Origin: a virus
Taxonomy: Duplodnaviria; Caudoviricetes
IMG/VR virus record: IMGVR_UViG_3300028585_000507
Coordinates: 1-39,241 of that record
DNA length: 39,241 nucleotides
Strand: one strand, 5' to 3'
How positions within the stretch are numbered: the first letter of the stretch is position 1; every line of letters starts with the position of its first letter. Shown here one piece after another: positions 8,256 through 17,724 of the stretch. The translations under genes and the position numbers were made by a program. The notes below the pieces were generated by a model. That model worked only from the letters and a program-made list of their open reading frames with translations. It had not been told where the DNA came from and did not search any database.

Positions 8256-8725
8256 TGGCGGGTTTGAACAAGGTCATGATCATCGGCCATCTCGGCGCGG
8301 ACCCGGTGGCCAAATCGTTCCAGAACGGCGGCGAAGTCGTCAACATGAGGATCGCCACATCCGAGACGTGGAAGGACAAGAATAGCGGCGAGCGCAAAGA
8401 GAAGACCGAGTGGCATTCGATCGCGGTCTATACCGAAGGGCTGTGCCGTGTGGCCAAACAGTATCTGCGCAAAGGCTCCAAGGTTTATGTCGAGGGAAAG
8501 CTCGCAACGCGCAAGTGGCAGGACCAGCAGGGTAACGACCACTATTCCACCGAGATCGTGTTGCAGGGCTATGACGCCAAGATCCTGATGCTGGACGGTC
8601 GCGAGGGCGGCGATCAGGGCGGCGGCCGTGTCGGCGGTGGCGCAACCAGCAACAGTAGTCCGGCCGAAGGCGCGCGGCGTCAGAGCGCGTTCGACAGCGA
8701 CCTGGACGATGACGTCCCCTTCTAG
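8255..8725 (+). CDS. ssb: Single-stranded DNA-binding protein
   Basis: [31 protein letters not shown], acidic tail DDDVPF. Confidence 0.97.
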   Translation: MAGLNKVMIIGHLGADPVAKSFQNGGEVVNMRIATSETWKDKNSGERKEKTEWHSIAVYTEGLCRVAKQYLRKGSKVYVEGKLATRKWQDQQGNDHYSTEIVLQGYDAKILMLDGREGGDQGGGRVGGGATSNSSPAEGARRQSAFDSDLDDDVPF

Positions 8726-8785
8726 GGTCTGACCACCCCGCGCGGACGCGGTTCGTCCGCCGCATCCTGTCTCGGGGGTTCCCCA

Positions 8786-11700
8786 GTGAATATCGCGTCC
8801 CTCCCGTCGCCTATGTGTCAGGCGGCGCTTCAATATGCGCGTCGTGGGTGGAAGGTGTTTCCATGCCACGAGCGTGACGAAACGGTGATCGTCCAAGGTA
8901 AGGACGGGCCGCGAGAGAAGCTGCTCAGCGCCAAATCGCCTTACATCGGCAACGGCTACAAGAACGCGACTACGGACGAACAGCAGATCCGCAACTGGTG
9001 GAAGCGCTGGCCGAATGCCATGATCGGTCTGCCGATGGGCGAAAACGGCATGTTCGCGCTCGATTTCGATCCGCGGACCGATGACGACACCGGTGAAGTG
9101 TTCACGCTGGTCGATCTGAAGGCGGCGACCGAAGCGCAGATCGGATGCGCGTTGCCGACCACACTGGCCTCGCTGACGCAATCGGGCGGCGTCCACGCGC
9201 TCTATGCACAGCCGGCCGGTGAACCGATCCGGAATCGCGGCAACCTGCCACAGCATGTCGATGTTCGCGGTCAGGGGGGGTATATCGTTGCACCGCCGTC
9301 CGTGCTGTACGCGGAGGACGGAAGGGAGCGGCGCTATCGCTGGCTGGAAGGCCGGCAGGACAGCAAGCCTGTCGATGCCCCCGCAGAATTGATCGAAATC
9401 CTGCGCGCGCCGAAAGAATCCAAGACAAACGCCGGCGGCGACCAGCCGCCGTCTTCATCACTTTCCCCTCGGCTGGGGGCGGGCCCGGCCGTGGCCGACG
9501 TCGTGCGCAAATATGCGCTGGCGGCGCTCGATCGTGAATTGAGCGATCTTGCCGCGACGCCGATGGGCAACCGTAACAACGCGATCAACGCGTGCGCGTT
9601 TTCGCTGGGCCAGCTGGTCGGCGCTGGCGCGCTGAACGAAGCGCTTGTGCGCGGCATGTTGCAGCAGACGGTGGCCGGGTTCGGCCGTGACTATGACAAG
9701 TGCTGCGACGCGATCGAGAGCGGGTTGACTGCCGGCATGGACCAGCCGCGCGATCTGCGCGCGATCGAGGAGAATGCGCAGCGTCGTGCCGAGCGCGCGC
9801 CGTCGCGATCGGCGTCGTCGCGGCCGTCGCCCTCCCCCGCGCCCGGCCGCGCAGCGGGCGTCGCCAACCCTCCCAATCCCTCCCCTGCCCCCGATCCGGG
9901 GGGGAATTTTCCATCCTCCCACGGCGGGAGGGACGCGATCGAAGCCCTCGCGGCGGGGGAGGCAGCGCAATTGCGGGCTTCGGCCGTCGCGTGGGTGGCG
10001 CGGCGGCTGGGATATGCGGAGCCGAAGAAGGACGCCTATACGAAGATCGCGTTCGGTATCGGCCGGCGGATTGGCGCAGGTCTGTTGGACGCGGCAGCCG
10101 TTAAGCAGGTGCTGCGGGACAGCTATGAGGATGTCGCCGACGTCCAGCATGCGGATATAGACCGCGCGATCGACGACGGGATCGCGCGGGGGTTCGATCT
10201 CGGGCCGATGCTGGTGACGCTGCGGTGCATCCGTTACCCGATGACCGATTTCGGGATCGCGGAACGATTTCGCGACCGGTTCGGGGAGAATTACCGGTTC
10301 ACGACCGGCAAGGGCTGGCTGGGCTGGGACGGGCGGCGCTGGAAAGTGCTGGATCAGGACGAAAAGACGCCGCCGGCGGAAGTGATCGGCGGCGTGTTCG
10401 ACACGGTGCGCATGATCCAGGACGAAGCCCGCCAGATGGCGGATTCGGGCGTGAACTGGACGCTGAGTGAACCGGACAAGAAAGGTCAGCGGCAGCTTGA
10501 TCTCGATCCAGACAATGGCAACCCGTTCGGGCTGGACCGCTGGCTCCCGAAAGGGAAAGGCTGGGAGTTGCTGTCGGACAAGGTTCGGGCGTTCGGCCGC
10601 GCGTCCGAAACGTCGGGCCGGCCGATCGCCATCGCCAATCTGGCGCGCCGGTGGCTTACGGTGCCAATCGAACGTTTCGACACCGATCCGCTGGCGTTGG
10701 GCGTGCTGAACGGGACGTTGCGGTTCACGCGCGGGCTGACGCCGGAAGGCGTGAAGACGGCCACGGTGACGATGTCCCCGCATGTGCGCGAGGATTATAA
10801 TACCAAGCTGGCACCGGTGGTCTACGATCCAGACGCGCCCGAACCCTGTCCGCTCTACGATGATATGCTCGAATGGGCGCAGCCGGACGCGGGGATGCGA
10901 CGCTACCTGCATCAGGTGGGCGGTTATGGGTCAACGGGGCTGACCGGCGAGCATAAGCTCTGGTATAATTACGGTCGCGGCCGGAACGGCAAATCGACGA
11001 CGATTGATGCGTGGTGCTACGCGCTGGGCGATTATAGCGGGACGACGCTGATCGAGACGTTTTTGGATCAGGGCATCAAGAAACGCGGGGATCAGGCCTC
11101 GCCCGATCTGGCGCGGCTTGGCGGTGTGCGGCTGTTGCGCGCGTCGGAGCCGGAGCGCGGGGCGAAGCTGAATAGCGCGCTGATCAAGTTCGTGACGGGT
11201 GGCGAGCCGGTGCCGACGCGAGCGCTACATCGGGGGTTCTTCGACCTCGTGCCGCTCTTCAAGCTGATCATGAGCGGTAACAGCAAGCCGGAGATCCCGG
11301 ATACCGATGAAGGCATCTGGTCGCGCATGAAGCTGGTATCATGGCTGAAAAACATCGACCTTGAATTCAACGAAGATGGCACGCCGAAGAAGGACGTCGA
11401 GCTTCTCAACAAGATCAAGGCGCAGGAGGCGGCGGGCGTGTTCCACCGGCTGGTGGAAGGCCTGCTCGATTATCTGGTGCATGGGCTGGTGGAGCCGGCG
11501 GCCGTCACGGCCGATACGATGGAGTATCGGGACGCCAGCGACCCGCTCGCGCGCTTTCTGCGCCTCTGCACCGTGATCGAGGCGGGCAGCACCGTGCAGT
11601 CCTCGAAACTCTATGACGTGTTCGCCGCCTGGACGAAGGCGGCGGACGAACGCGAATGGAAGCAAAAAGGCTTCTCAAACGCCATGGCGGAAAAGGGTTT

Positions 11701-11887
11701 CAAGCGTCATAAGTCCAGCGGCATGCACTGGCTCGATCTCAGGCTGGTGCGCGCGGTCGGTGACTTCGTCGACGAGCATGGCAACGCCAAGGATATCAGC
11801 ACCGATCAGGGCCAGTCCCTCGCCACCTCCACCCATCCGCCGCCCGATCGGCCGTTCGCGCCCTACGACGATGACGACGTAGTGTAG
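8786..11887 (+). CDS. Bifunctional Prim-Pol primase / D5-like (P4-type) SF3 helicase
   Basis: N-terminal ALQYARRGWKVFP, ALDFD, SGGVH, DVRGQGGYIVAPPS; D5-N region; Walker A GRGRNGKS; IKFVTGGE; C-terminal wHTH. Confidence 0.92.
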   Translation: MNIASLPSPMCQAALQYARRGWKVFPCHERDETVIVQGKDGPREKLLSAKSPYIGNGYKNATTDEQQIRNWWKRWPNAMIGLPMGENGMFALDFDPRTDDDTGEVFTLVDLKAATEAQIGCALPTTLASLTQSGGVHALYAQPAGEPIRNRGNLPQHVDVRGQGGYIVAPPSVLYAEDGRERRYRWLEGRQDSKPVDAPAELIEILRAPKESKTNAGGDQPPSSSLSPRLGAGPAVADVVRKYALAALDRELSDLAATPMGNRNNAINACAFSLGQLVGAGALNEALVRGMLQQTVAGFGRDYDKCCDAIESGLTAGMDQPRDLRAIEENAQRRAERAPSRSASSRPSPSPAPGRAAGVANPPNPSPAPDPGGNFPSSHGGRDAIEALAAGEAAQLRASAVAWVARRLGYAEPKKDAYTKIAFGIGRRIGAGLLDAAAVKQVLRDSYEDVADVQHADIDRAIDDGIARGFDLGPMLVTLRCIRYPMTDFGIAERFRDRFGENYRFTTGKGWLGWDGRRWKVLDQDEKTPPAEVIGGVFDTVRMIQDEARQMADSGVNWTLSEPDKKGQRQLDLDPDNGNPFGLDRWLPKGKGWELLSDKVRAFGRASETSGRPIAIANLARRWLTVPIERFDTDPLALGVLNGTLRFTRGLTPEGVKTATVTMSPHVREDYNTKLAPVVYDPDAPEPCPLYDDMLEWAQPDAGMRRYLHQVGGYGSTGLTGEHKLWYNYGRGRNGKSTTIDAWCYALGDYSGTTLIETFLDQGIKKRGDQASPDLARLGGVRLLRASEPERGAKLNSALIKFVTGGEPVPTRALHRGFFDLVPLFKLIMSGNSKPEIPDTDEGIWSRMKLVSWLKNIDLEFNEDGTPKKDVELLNKIKAQEAAGVFHRLVEGLLDYLVHGLVEPAAVTADTMEYRDASDPLARFLRLCTVIEAGSTVQSSKLYDVFAAWTKAADEREWKQKGFSNAMAEKGFKRHKSSGMHWLDLRLVRAVGDFVDEHGNAKDISTDQGQSLATSTHPPPDRPFAPYDDDDVV

Positions 11888-11900
11888 CGATCAACGACTA

Positions 11901-12176
11901 TCCTCCCGGAATGGGAGGGACGTGGGAGGATTGTGGGAGGAAGAAACGGCGGAAATCCGCGCGTCTGGGAGGGTTGGGAGGATTGTTGTCATGTTCTGCG
12001 TATATGCATGCGCACATGCGCGCTCGCACATGCGCATGTGCGCACGAGACAATATTCATTTATCCTCCCTATCCTCCCAATCCTCCCAAGAAAGTAAGTA
12101 AGTCATTGTTTTGTAAGGGAGTGGGTTATGGTGAACGTGGGAGGATGCAGCCAAAACGTGGGAGGGTCATGGGAGG
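11901..12176. repeat. Putative replication origin: GGGAGG iteron array around a purine-pyrimidine alternating core
   Basis: About 12 (T)GGGAGG/CCTCCC copies in opposing clusters directly after the primase-helicase gene; perfect palindrome CGCACATGCGCATGTGCG at 12025-12042; AT-rich patches. Confidence 0.7.
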
Positions 12177-12661
12177 GTGACGATCGTTGGTCGTTCGTCT
12201 GGACCTTCGCTGTCGTGCAAGAGCGTCTGGTGGACGCCATGACGATGCTGTGGCGGCTGCCGGATCGGGAACGCGGTTGGCTTCGTGCGGGTGTGTCGTC
12301 GATCTGGTCCAACTATCACGAGACGTTCGGCATGAACGCGGTTGAGTTGGCAGCATGGCGCAAGATCAACGCGGACGTGCCGCCTGCCCTGCCCGGACTG
12401 ACGCGGCAGGAAGTGGGCGAGATGGAAGAGGCGCTGGGCTGGATGGAGCATGTTTCGGCCGACGACCGCAAGCTGGTCGGGCTGGCCATTACGGAACTGG
12501 CACGCGGCCATGCGCAGGTGTCGTGGATGCGCCTGCTGCACCCTATGGGGCTGCGTGAGGGCGAGGAAGGCCTGCGCAAGCGCTACGGTCGGGCGATCAA
12601 CCGGATCGTGGTCGCGCTGGAAGCGGCGGAAATTCGCGGGTCCGCCCGTCAACCCCGTTAA
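12128..12661 (+). CDS. Putative late-gene regulator (DUF6362-like, Q position)
   Basis: WTFAVVQERLVDAM..LWRLP and EEALGW motifs; last gene before the packaging module. Confidence 0.6.
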   Translation: MVNVGGCSQNVGGSWEGDDRWSFVWTFAVVQERLVDAMTMLWRLPDRERGWLRAGVSSIWSNYHETFGMNAVELAAWRKINADVPPALPGLTRQEVGEMEEALGWMEHVSADDRKLVGLAITELARGHAQVSWMRLLHPMGLREGEEGLRKRYGRAINRIVVALEAAEIRGSARQPR

Positions 12662-12772
12662 AGTGACGCGATGCAAATTTTGTATGTCCGCCATTCGGGC
12701 AAAAAGGGCCTATAGAACGCCACACTGGGCGGAACCTATGGTAGACAGCCTAGTACCCCTCCCCTGCACCTG

Positions 12773-12812
12773 ACCGCGCCCCGTCCAGCCCCATGCTGCG
12801 GCGGGGCGCGGT
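12773..12812 (+). terminator. GC-rich hairpin in the late leader
   Basis: ACCGCGCCCCG...CGGGGCGCGGT stem followed by GCGTTT. Confidence 0.5.
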
Positions 12813-12828
12813 GCGTTTGGACTAAGCC

Positions 12829-13179
12829 ATGTCGCGCCGACCCGCCACGTTCCGGCCTGCCGGGCTGGGGCCGAAGGTCGAGCGGGACCGGCAGGCTGAT
12901 CGGGAACGTGACGCGGCCAAGCCATATCGGCGCTGGTACAAGACGAAGGAATGGCAGCGGCTCCGCTGGTCGGTCCTGCTGCGCGACCGGTTCACCTGTC
13001 AGATGTGCGGTCATATCGAGCCGGCGACGTCGCAGCTGGTGGCCGACCATCGTCAACGCCATCGCGGCGTCGCGGCGCTGTTCTGGGACGCAGGCAATCT
13101 CTGGACCCTGTGCAAGCCGTGTCACGATGGCGCGAAGCAGCGGATCGAGCGCGCCGCCAGCGCGGACTGGCGCGGTTAA
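12829..13179 (+). CDS. HNH endonuclease (terminase-associated)
   Basis: CQMCG, VADH, LFWDAGNLWTLCKPCHD; upstream of terS as in HK97-like phages. Confidence 0.9.
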   Translation: MSRRPATFRPAGLGPKVERDRQADRERDAAKPYRRWYKTKEWQRLRWSVLLRDRFTCQMCGHIEPATSQLVADHRQRHRGVAALFWDAGNLWTLCKPCHDGAKQRIERAASADWRG

Positions 13180-13280
13180 TGCCCTCCCCCCGGTGGGGGG
13201 GGGTGGGTCAAAACTCCAGCAGGGCCGCCGCCCTAGACCGGCATCGAACACCAAGATTTCCGGCGCGAAATTCGGCGGAA
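13180..13280. other. Probable cos/packaging-site region
   Basis: CCCCCC-GGT-GGGGGGGGG run then TCAAAA in the HNH-terS intergenic space, the usual cos location in HK97-like phages. Confidence 0.45.
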
Positions 13281-13304
13281 TGTTTTTTTAGGGAAGGAGG
13301 TTAG

Positions 13305-13928
13305 ATGCGTGGACGTAAGCCCGAGGCGGCTAGCCTTCAGGAAGCGAAAGGCAACCCCGGTCGCCGTAAATCGGCCGTGCAAAAACGGACCGAAGAGGCC
13401 GAACGGGTCGCGGCGTTGCTCGCCGAGATCCCGGCCAGTGGCGATCCGCTCGCACCGCCCGCGATCATCGCGAAAGGATCGGCGGCCGCCGTCGTCGTGT
13501 GGCGCGATCTTGCGCCGCGGTTGCGTTCGACGCATCGGTTGCAGCCCCATCATCGCCCGATGTTCGCGCTGTTCTGCGTCTACTTCGCCGAATGGGTCGT
13601 CGCGAATGAGGACGTGAATCGCAACGGGCTGACCCAGCGTGTGAAGACGGTGGCCGGCGGGATGATGGAGCGCACGCGCCCCATGGTCACGATACGCGAC
13701 CGCGCGTTCGATCAGGTGATGAAGCTGTCGGAGCGGTTCGGCCTCACGCCGTCCGATGAATATTCGTTGTTCCGCGACCAGGCGGTCGCCGCCGCGCAAA
13801 ATCCCGGTCTGTTCGATCGGGATACGACACCGGCCCGGCGCGAAGCGGAAACCCAACCGGAAGCCGCTTCGGTCGTGGGGTCGCTCGGCGCAATGGATTC
13901 CGCTCCGCCCGCACGACTGAACAGTTGA
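13305..13928 (+). CDS. terS: Terminase small subunit (P27 family)
   Basis: MRGRKP...GNPGRR...FGLTPS; strong GGAGG RBS. Confidence 0.9.
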   Translation: MRGRKPEAASLQEAKGNPGRRKSAVQKRTEEAERVAALLAEIPASGDPLAPPAIIAKGSAAAVVVWRDLAPRLRSTHRLQPHHRPMFALFCVYFAEWVVANEDVNRNGLTQRVKTVAGGMMERTRPMVTIRDRAFDQVMKLSERFGLTPSDEYSLFRDQAVAAAQNPGLFDRDTTPARREAETQPEAASVVGSLGAMDSAPPARLNS

Positions 13929-13929
13929 C

Positions 13930-15714
13930 GTGGCCGCCACGCCCGCGCTCTGCGCGCCGCTGGACCCGGTCGATCTGATCGAGCAACCGGCCGCGCCGGA
14001 GCCGCAGTGGCTGATCGGCGCGAACGATAACGAGGCCTATGATTGGGCGCGGCGCGGCTGGGCGCAAGCCGCGGCGGAACCCGGCGCGTGGTTCGATCAC
14101 GCCAAGGCCGACGCGGTCGTGGCGAAGTGGTCGACATGGTTTCATCTGACGGAAGATCGGTTCGCCGGTAAGCCGTTTCGTCTCAACCGTTGGCAGGAGA
14201 TCATCGTCCGGCTGCTGGTCGGATGGAAAGTGCCGGTCGAGGTTCTCGACCCCGACACCCACGAACCGATTGAACTGCACGTCCGTCTCTTCAAGCGGAT
14301 GATGCTCTGGGTTCCGCGTAAGAACGGCAAGTCCGAGTTCATGGCCGCGTTGGCGCTGCTCTTCTGGGCGGTTGACGGCGTCGTCGGGGGACAGGGTTTC
14401 GTCTTCGCGCGCAACGAGGAACAGGCGTTCACGCCCTTCAACAAGATGAAGGCGATGATCGGCTATCACCCCGATTTCGTCCGCGACATCGGGATGCACG
14501 CCAAGTCGCTGTACCTGAAACCCTTCGCGTCGCCGTTCCTGCTCATGACCGGCGCGGAAGAAGGCAAGCACGGCAAGTCCCCCACGGTCATTCTCGGTGA
14601 CGAGATGCACGAGTGGAAGAGCAAGGTGGTGATGGACACCCTGCGGCAGGGCACCGGCGCACGCCTTCAGGCGATGGAACTCTACGCATCGACCGCCGGT
14701 CTGAAGACGAACCGCACCGGCGTCGAACTATGGGAGGAAAGCCTCGGCATTCTCGAACGGCGTCTAGAAGATCCGTCCACGCTGGTCGTGATCTTCGCGG
14801 CGGACGTGGACGATCGCTGGGACGACGAAGCCGTCTGGGCGAAGGCGAACCCTTCACTCGGGTTGTCGCCGACGATCGCGTTCCTGCGCCGCGAGGCGCG
14901 GCTCGCGCAGGGCAACCCCCGCGCGGAGGCGCACTTCCGGTGCTACCACCTCAACCAGTGGATCGACGCCGCAACGCGGTGGCTGTCCATGAAGGCATGG
15001 AACGCCAGCGACGATCCGCAGACCGACGATCTGTTCGTGCCGTGGAAGGAAGCAGCTTCGCTTCTGAAGGGCCGGCGATGCTGCGGTGCATTCGACGTGT
15101 CGTCGACGAAGGACGTGACGGCGTTGGTCTGGGCCTTCCCCCCGACCGATGCCGACCCGAAATGGCGTCTCGTTTGCCGGTTTTGGGTGCCGGAGGACAC
15201 CATGGCGGAGCGCGTGAAGAACGATCACGTCCCTTACGACCGTTGGGTCGCGAGCGGCGCGATGGAGACGACGCCCGGTGACTGGGTCGATCAGAACTAT
15301 GTTGCCCAGGCCATCCACGACGGCCTCCGCGATTTCGAGGTTTTCGGCATCGGTTACGATGCCTGGAACGCACAGAAGCTGGTCACGGATTTGCAGGCGG
15401 ACGGCGTTGCAGACACGCTGTTCATCGTCGTGCGGCAGGGCATCCAGTCGCTGGGCGAGCCGTCCAAGACCTTCGAACGGATGATCTACGCGGGCCAGCT
15501 GGGCCACGGTGCGCACCCGGTGCTGTCGTGGATGGCCGGTAACGCCGCGATCCGGTTCGACGAAAATCTGAATTTCATGCCCGCGAAAAAGAAGTCCGCC
15601 GAGAAAATCGACGGGATCGTCGCGGCTGTGATGGCTGTGGCGGTTGCCATGAACGACAATGAGGAGGCCGATATGGACGACTATCTGGCCGCCATGAAGG
15701 CGCGCGCGACATGA
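13930..15714 (+). CDS. terL: Terminase large subunit
   Basis: VPRKNGKS Walker A, GDEMH Walker B, STAG, KANPSLG, KIDGIVA. Confidence 0.96.
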   Translation: MAATPALCAPLDPVDLIEQPAAPEPQWLIGANDNEAYDWARRGWAQAAAEPGAWFDHAKADAVVAKWSTWFHLTEDRFAGKPFRLNRWQEIIVRLLVGWKVPVEVLDPDTHEPIELHVRLFKRMMLWVPRKNGKSEFMAALALLFWAVDGVVGGQGFVFARNEEQAFTPFNKMKAMIGYHPDFVRDIGMHAKSLYLKPFASPFLLMTGAEEGKHGKSPTVILGDEMHEWKSKVVMDTLRQGTGARLQAMELYASTAGLKTNRTGVELWEESLGILERRLEDPSTLVVIFAADVDDRWDDEAVWAKANPSLGLSPTIAFLRREARLAQGNPRAEAHFRCYHLNQWIDAATRWLSMKAWNASDDPQTDDLFVPWKEAASLLKGRRCCGAFDVSSTKDVTALVWAFPPTDADPKWRLVCRFWVPEDTMAERVKNDHVPYDRWVASGAMETTPGDWVDQNYVAQAIHDGLRDFEVFGIGYDAWNAQKLVTDLQADGVADTLFIVVRQGIQSLGEPSKTFERMIYAGQLGHGAHPVLSWMAGNAAIRFDENLNFMPAKKKSAEKIDGIVAAVMAVAVAMNDNEEADMDDYLAAMKARAT

Positions 15715-17018
15715 GTTTCGGGCGCAAGATGGCACGCGGTATCAAGACTGCGCTGTCGCTGCTCAGCCCGGCCGGCTGGAAGGGCATCCTTGCCCCGATC
15801 AGTGCGTCCGGGAAGACGGTGACAGCGCAGAACGCACTGACGCTGTCGACGGTATGGGCCTGCACCCGGCTGGTCGCCGGCACCATTTCGTCACTTCCCA
15901 TCGTCGTTTACAAGGACGGGCCGAACGACACGCGGGCGACCTTCAAGGCGCACCCGCTTTACGGGCTGCTCCATGACAGCCCGAACGCCGACCAGTCGGC
16001 GCTCGACTTCTGGCAGTTCCTCTGCGTGTCGCTGGAATTGTGGGGCAACGCCTATGCCCGGATCGAGCGCGGGGCTGGCAACCGGATCATCGCCCTCAGC
16101 CCGGTCCGGCCGGAAATCGTCGCGGTTCGCCGCGCCGAAGACGGCACGATCCGCTATCGCTACGTTGATGCCGGAAGGCTGCACGATCTCGGACAGGACG
16201 AAATGTTTCACGTCCGGGGCTTTGGCGGATCTCCGCTAGGCGGCCTGTCCACCCTTTCCTTCGGACGGGAATCGTTCGGGCATGCGCTCGCCGCAGAAGA
16301 GGCCGCGTCGTCGCTATATCGAAACCAGCTTCGTCCCTCGGGTGTGTTGACGACGAAGGACAATGCGACGCTGAAAAAGGAGCAGCGCGACGACATTTAC
16401 GAGCATGTCGTCAGCCGCTTCGGAAGCGACAATTTCGGCAAGCCGCTGGTGCTGGAAGCGGGCCTCGGCTGGCAGAACATCACGATGTCGTCGGTCGACG
16501 CACAGATGATCCAGAACCGACAGCATTCGGTCGAGGATGGGTGCCGTTGGTTCGGTGTCCCGCCCCACATGATCGGTCACACGTCTAACGCGACCAGCTG
16601 GGGGACTGGTCTGGAAAATCAGACCTTGGGCTTCCTGATCTTCACCCTGCGCGAGCGCTTGAAGCGGATCGAGCAGGCGATTGTGAAGCAGCTGCTGACG
16701 CCAGTCGAACGGCTCACGATCACGATAGAATTCAACATCGAAGGGCTGCTGCGCGCCGACAGCGCCGCTCGCTCCGCCTTCTATTCGCAGATGGTCCAGA
16801 ACGGCATCATGACGCGGAACGAAGTGCGCAGGCTCGAAAATCTGCCGCCGGCAGTCGGCGGCGATGTGCTGACCGTCCAGTCCAACATGATCCCGATCGA
16901 CAAGCTCGGTGACACGCTGGCGACCGGCGAGAAAGCACGCAACGCCCTGATGCACTGGCTCGGCTTCGGCACCGAACCCACGAAATCCAAAGATCACCCA
17001 GAACGCGAGGCGGCATGA
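15711..17018 (+). CDS. HK97-family portal protein
   Basis: STVWAC, PNADQS...FW, WGNAY, FGVPPHMIG, GIMTRNEVRRLENLPP. Confidence 0.96.
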   Translation: MSFGRKMARGIKTALSLLSPAGWKGILAPISASGKTVTAQNALTLSTVWACTRLVAGTISSLPIVVYKDGPNDTRATFKAHPLYGLLHDSPNADQSALDFWQFLCVSLELWGNAYARIERGAGNRIIALSPVRPEIVAVRRAEDGTIRYRYVDAGRLHDLGQDEMFHVRGFGGSPLGGLSTLSFGRESFGHALAAEEAASSLYRNQLRPSGVLTTKDNATLKKEQRDDIYEHVVSRFGSDNFGKPLVLEAGLGWQNITMSSVDAQMIQNRQHSVEDGCRWFGVPPHMIGHTSNATSWGTGLENQTLGFLIFTLRERLKRIEQAIVKQLLTPVERLTITIEFNIEGLLRADSAARSAFYSQMVQNGIMTRNEVRRLENLPPAVGGDVLTVQSNMIPIDKLGDTLATGEKARNALMHWLGFGTEPTKSKDHPEREAA

Positions 17019-17713
17019 TGCTGATGCACTACAAGCATGGACAGCTGAAAGTCCGCGACTTCAGCCTGTCGATCAAGGCGAGCGACGTTGCTGATGATGG
17101 CAGCTTCTCCGGCTACGGATCCGTTTTCGGAGTGACCGACAGTTATGGCGAGATCGTCGCGCCGGGGGCGTTCGCGGCGTCCCTCGCCGACCTGAAGGCC
17201 AAGGGTCGCGTCGTTCCGGTGCTGTGGCAGCATCGTTCATCCGAGCCGATCGGCGTCTACGACGCGCTGTCTGAGGACAGCCACGGCCTCAAGGTTGCCG
17301 GCCGGCTGCTCAAGGACGACGTCGCCCAGGCACGCGAGGCACACGCGCTGTTGAAGGCCGGCGCGGTTACGGGCCTGTCGATCGGCTACTGGGTCCGCGA
17401 AGCCAGCTATGACGAAAAGACCGGCATCCGCACGCTGACCAAGCTGGATCTGGTCGAAGTCAGCCTCGTGACCTTCCCCGCCAATGACGACGCACGCGTC
17501 GAGGCGGTGAAGTTCAAGCTGGAACGCGGCCAGCTTCCGACGAAATCCGAATTCGAAAAGGCACTGCGCGAGGCTTTTCCTTTCTCGAAATCGCAGGCCG
17601 CGGCGATCGCCAGCCACGGCCTCGATCATCTCCTGCGGAGCGAGTCCGTGGGGGCCGGCGACCTGAAATCCATTTCCGAAACCTTGGCAGGCTTTTCGCT
17701 GCCCTCGCTCTGA
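17015..17713 (+). CDS. HK97-family prohead protease
   Basis: FSGYGSVF, LWQH, GLSIGY, EVSLVTFPAN. Confidence 0.95.
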   Translation: MMLMHYKHGQLKVRDFSLSIKASDVADDGSFSGYGSVFGVTDSYGEIVAPGAFAASLADLKAKGRVVPVLWQHRSSEPIGVYDALSEDSHGLKVAGRLLKDDVAQAREAHALLKAGAVTGLSIGYWVREASYDEKTGIRTLTKLDLVEVSLVTFPANDDARVEAVKFKLERGQLPTKSEFEKALREAFPFSKSQAAAIASHGLDHLLRSESVGAGDLKSISETLAGFSLPSL

Positions 17714-17724
17714 AGGATCTACCC

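Noticed and set aside
9458-10912. 484-aa minus-strand ORF
   Set aside because: Shadow of the primase-helicase gene.
11901-12176. CRISPR-like array
   Set aside because: Repeats are only 6-7 nt, irregularly spaced and in both orientations.
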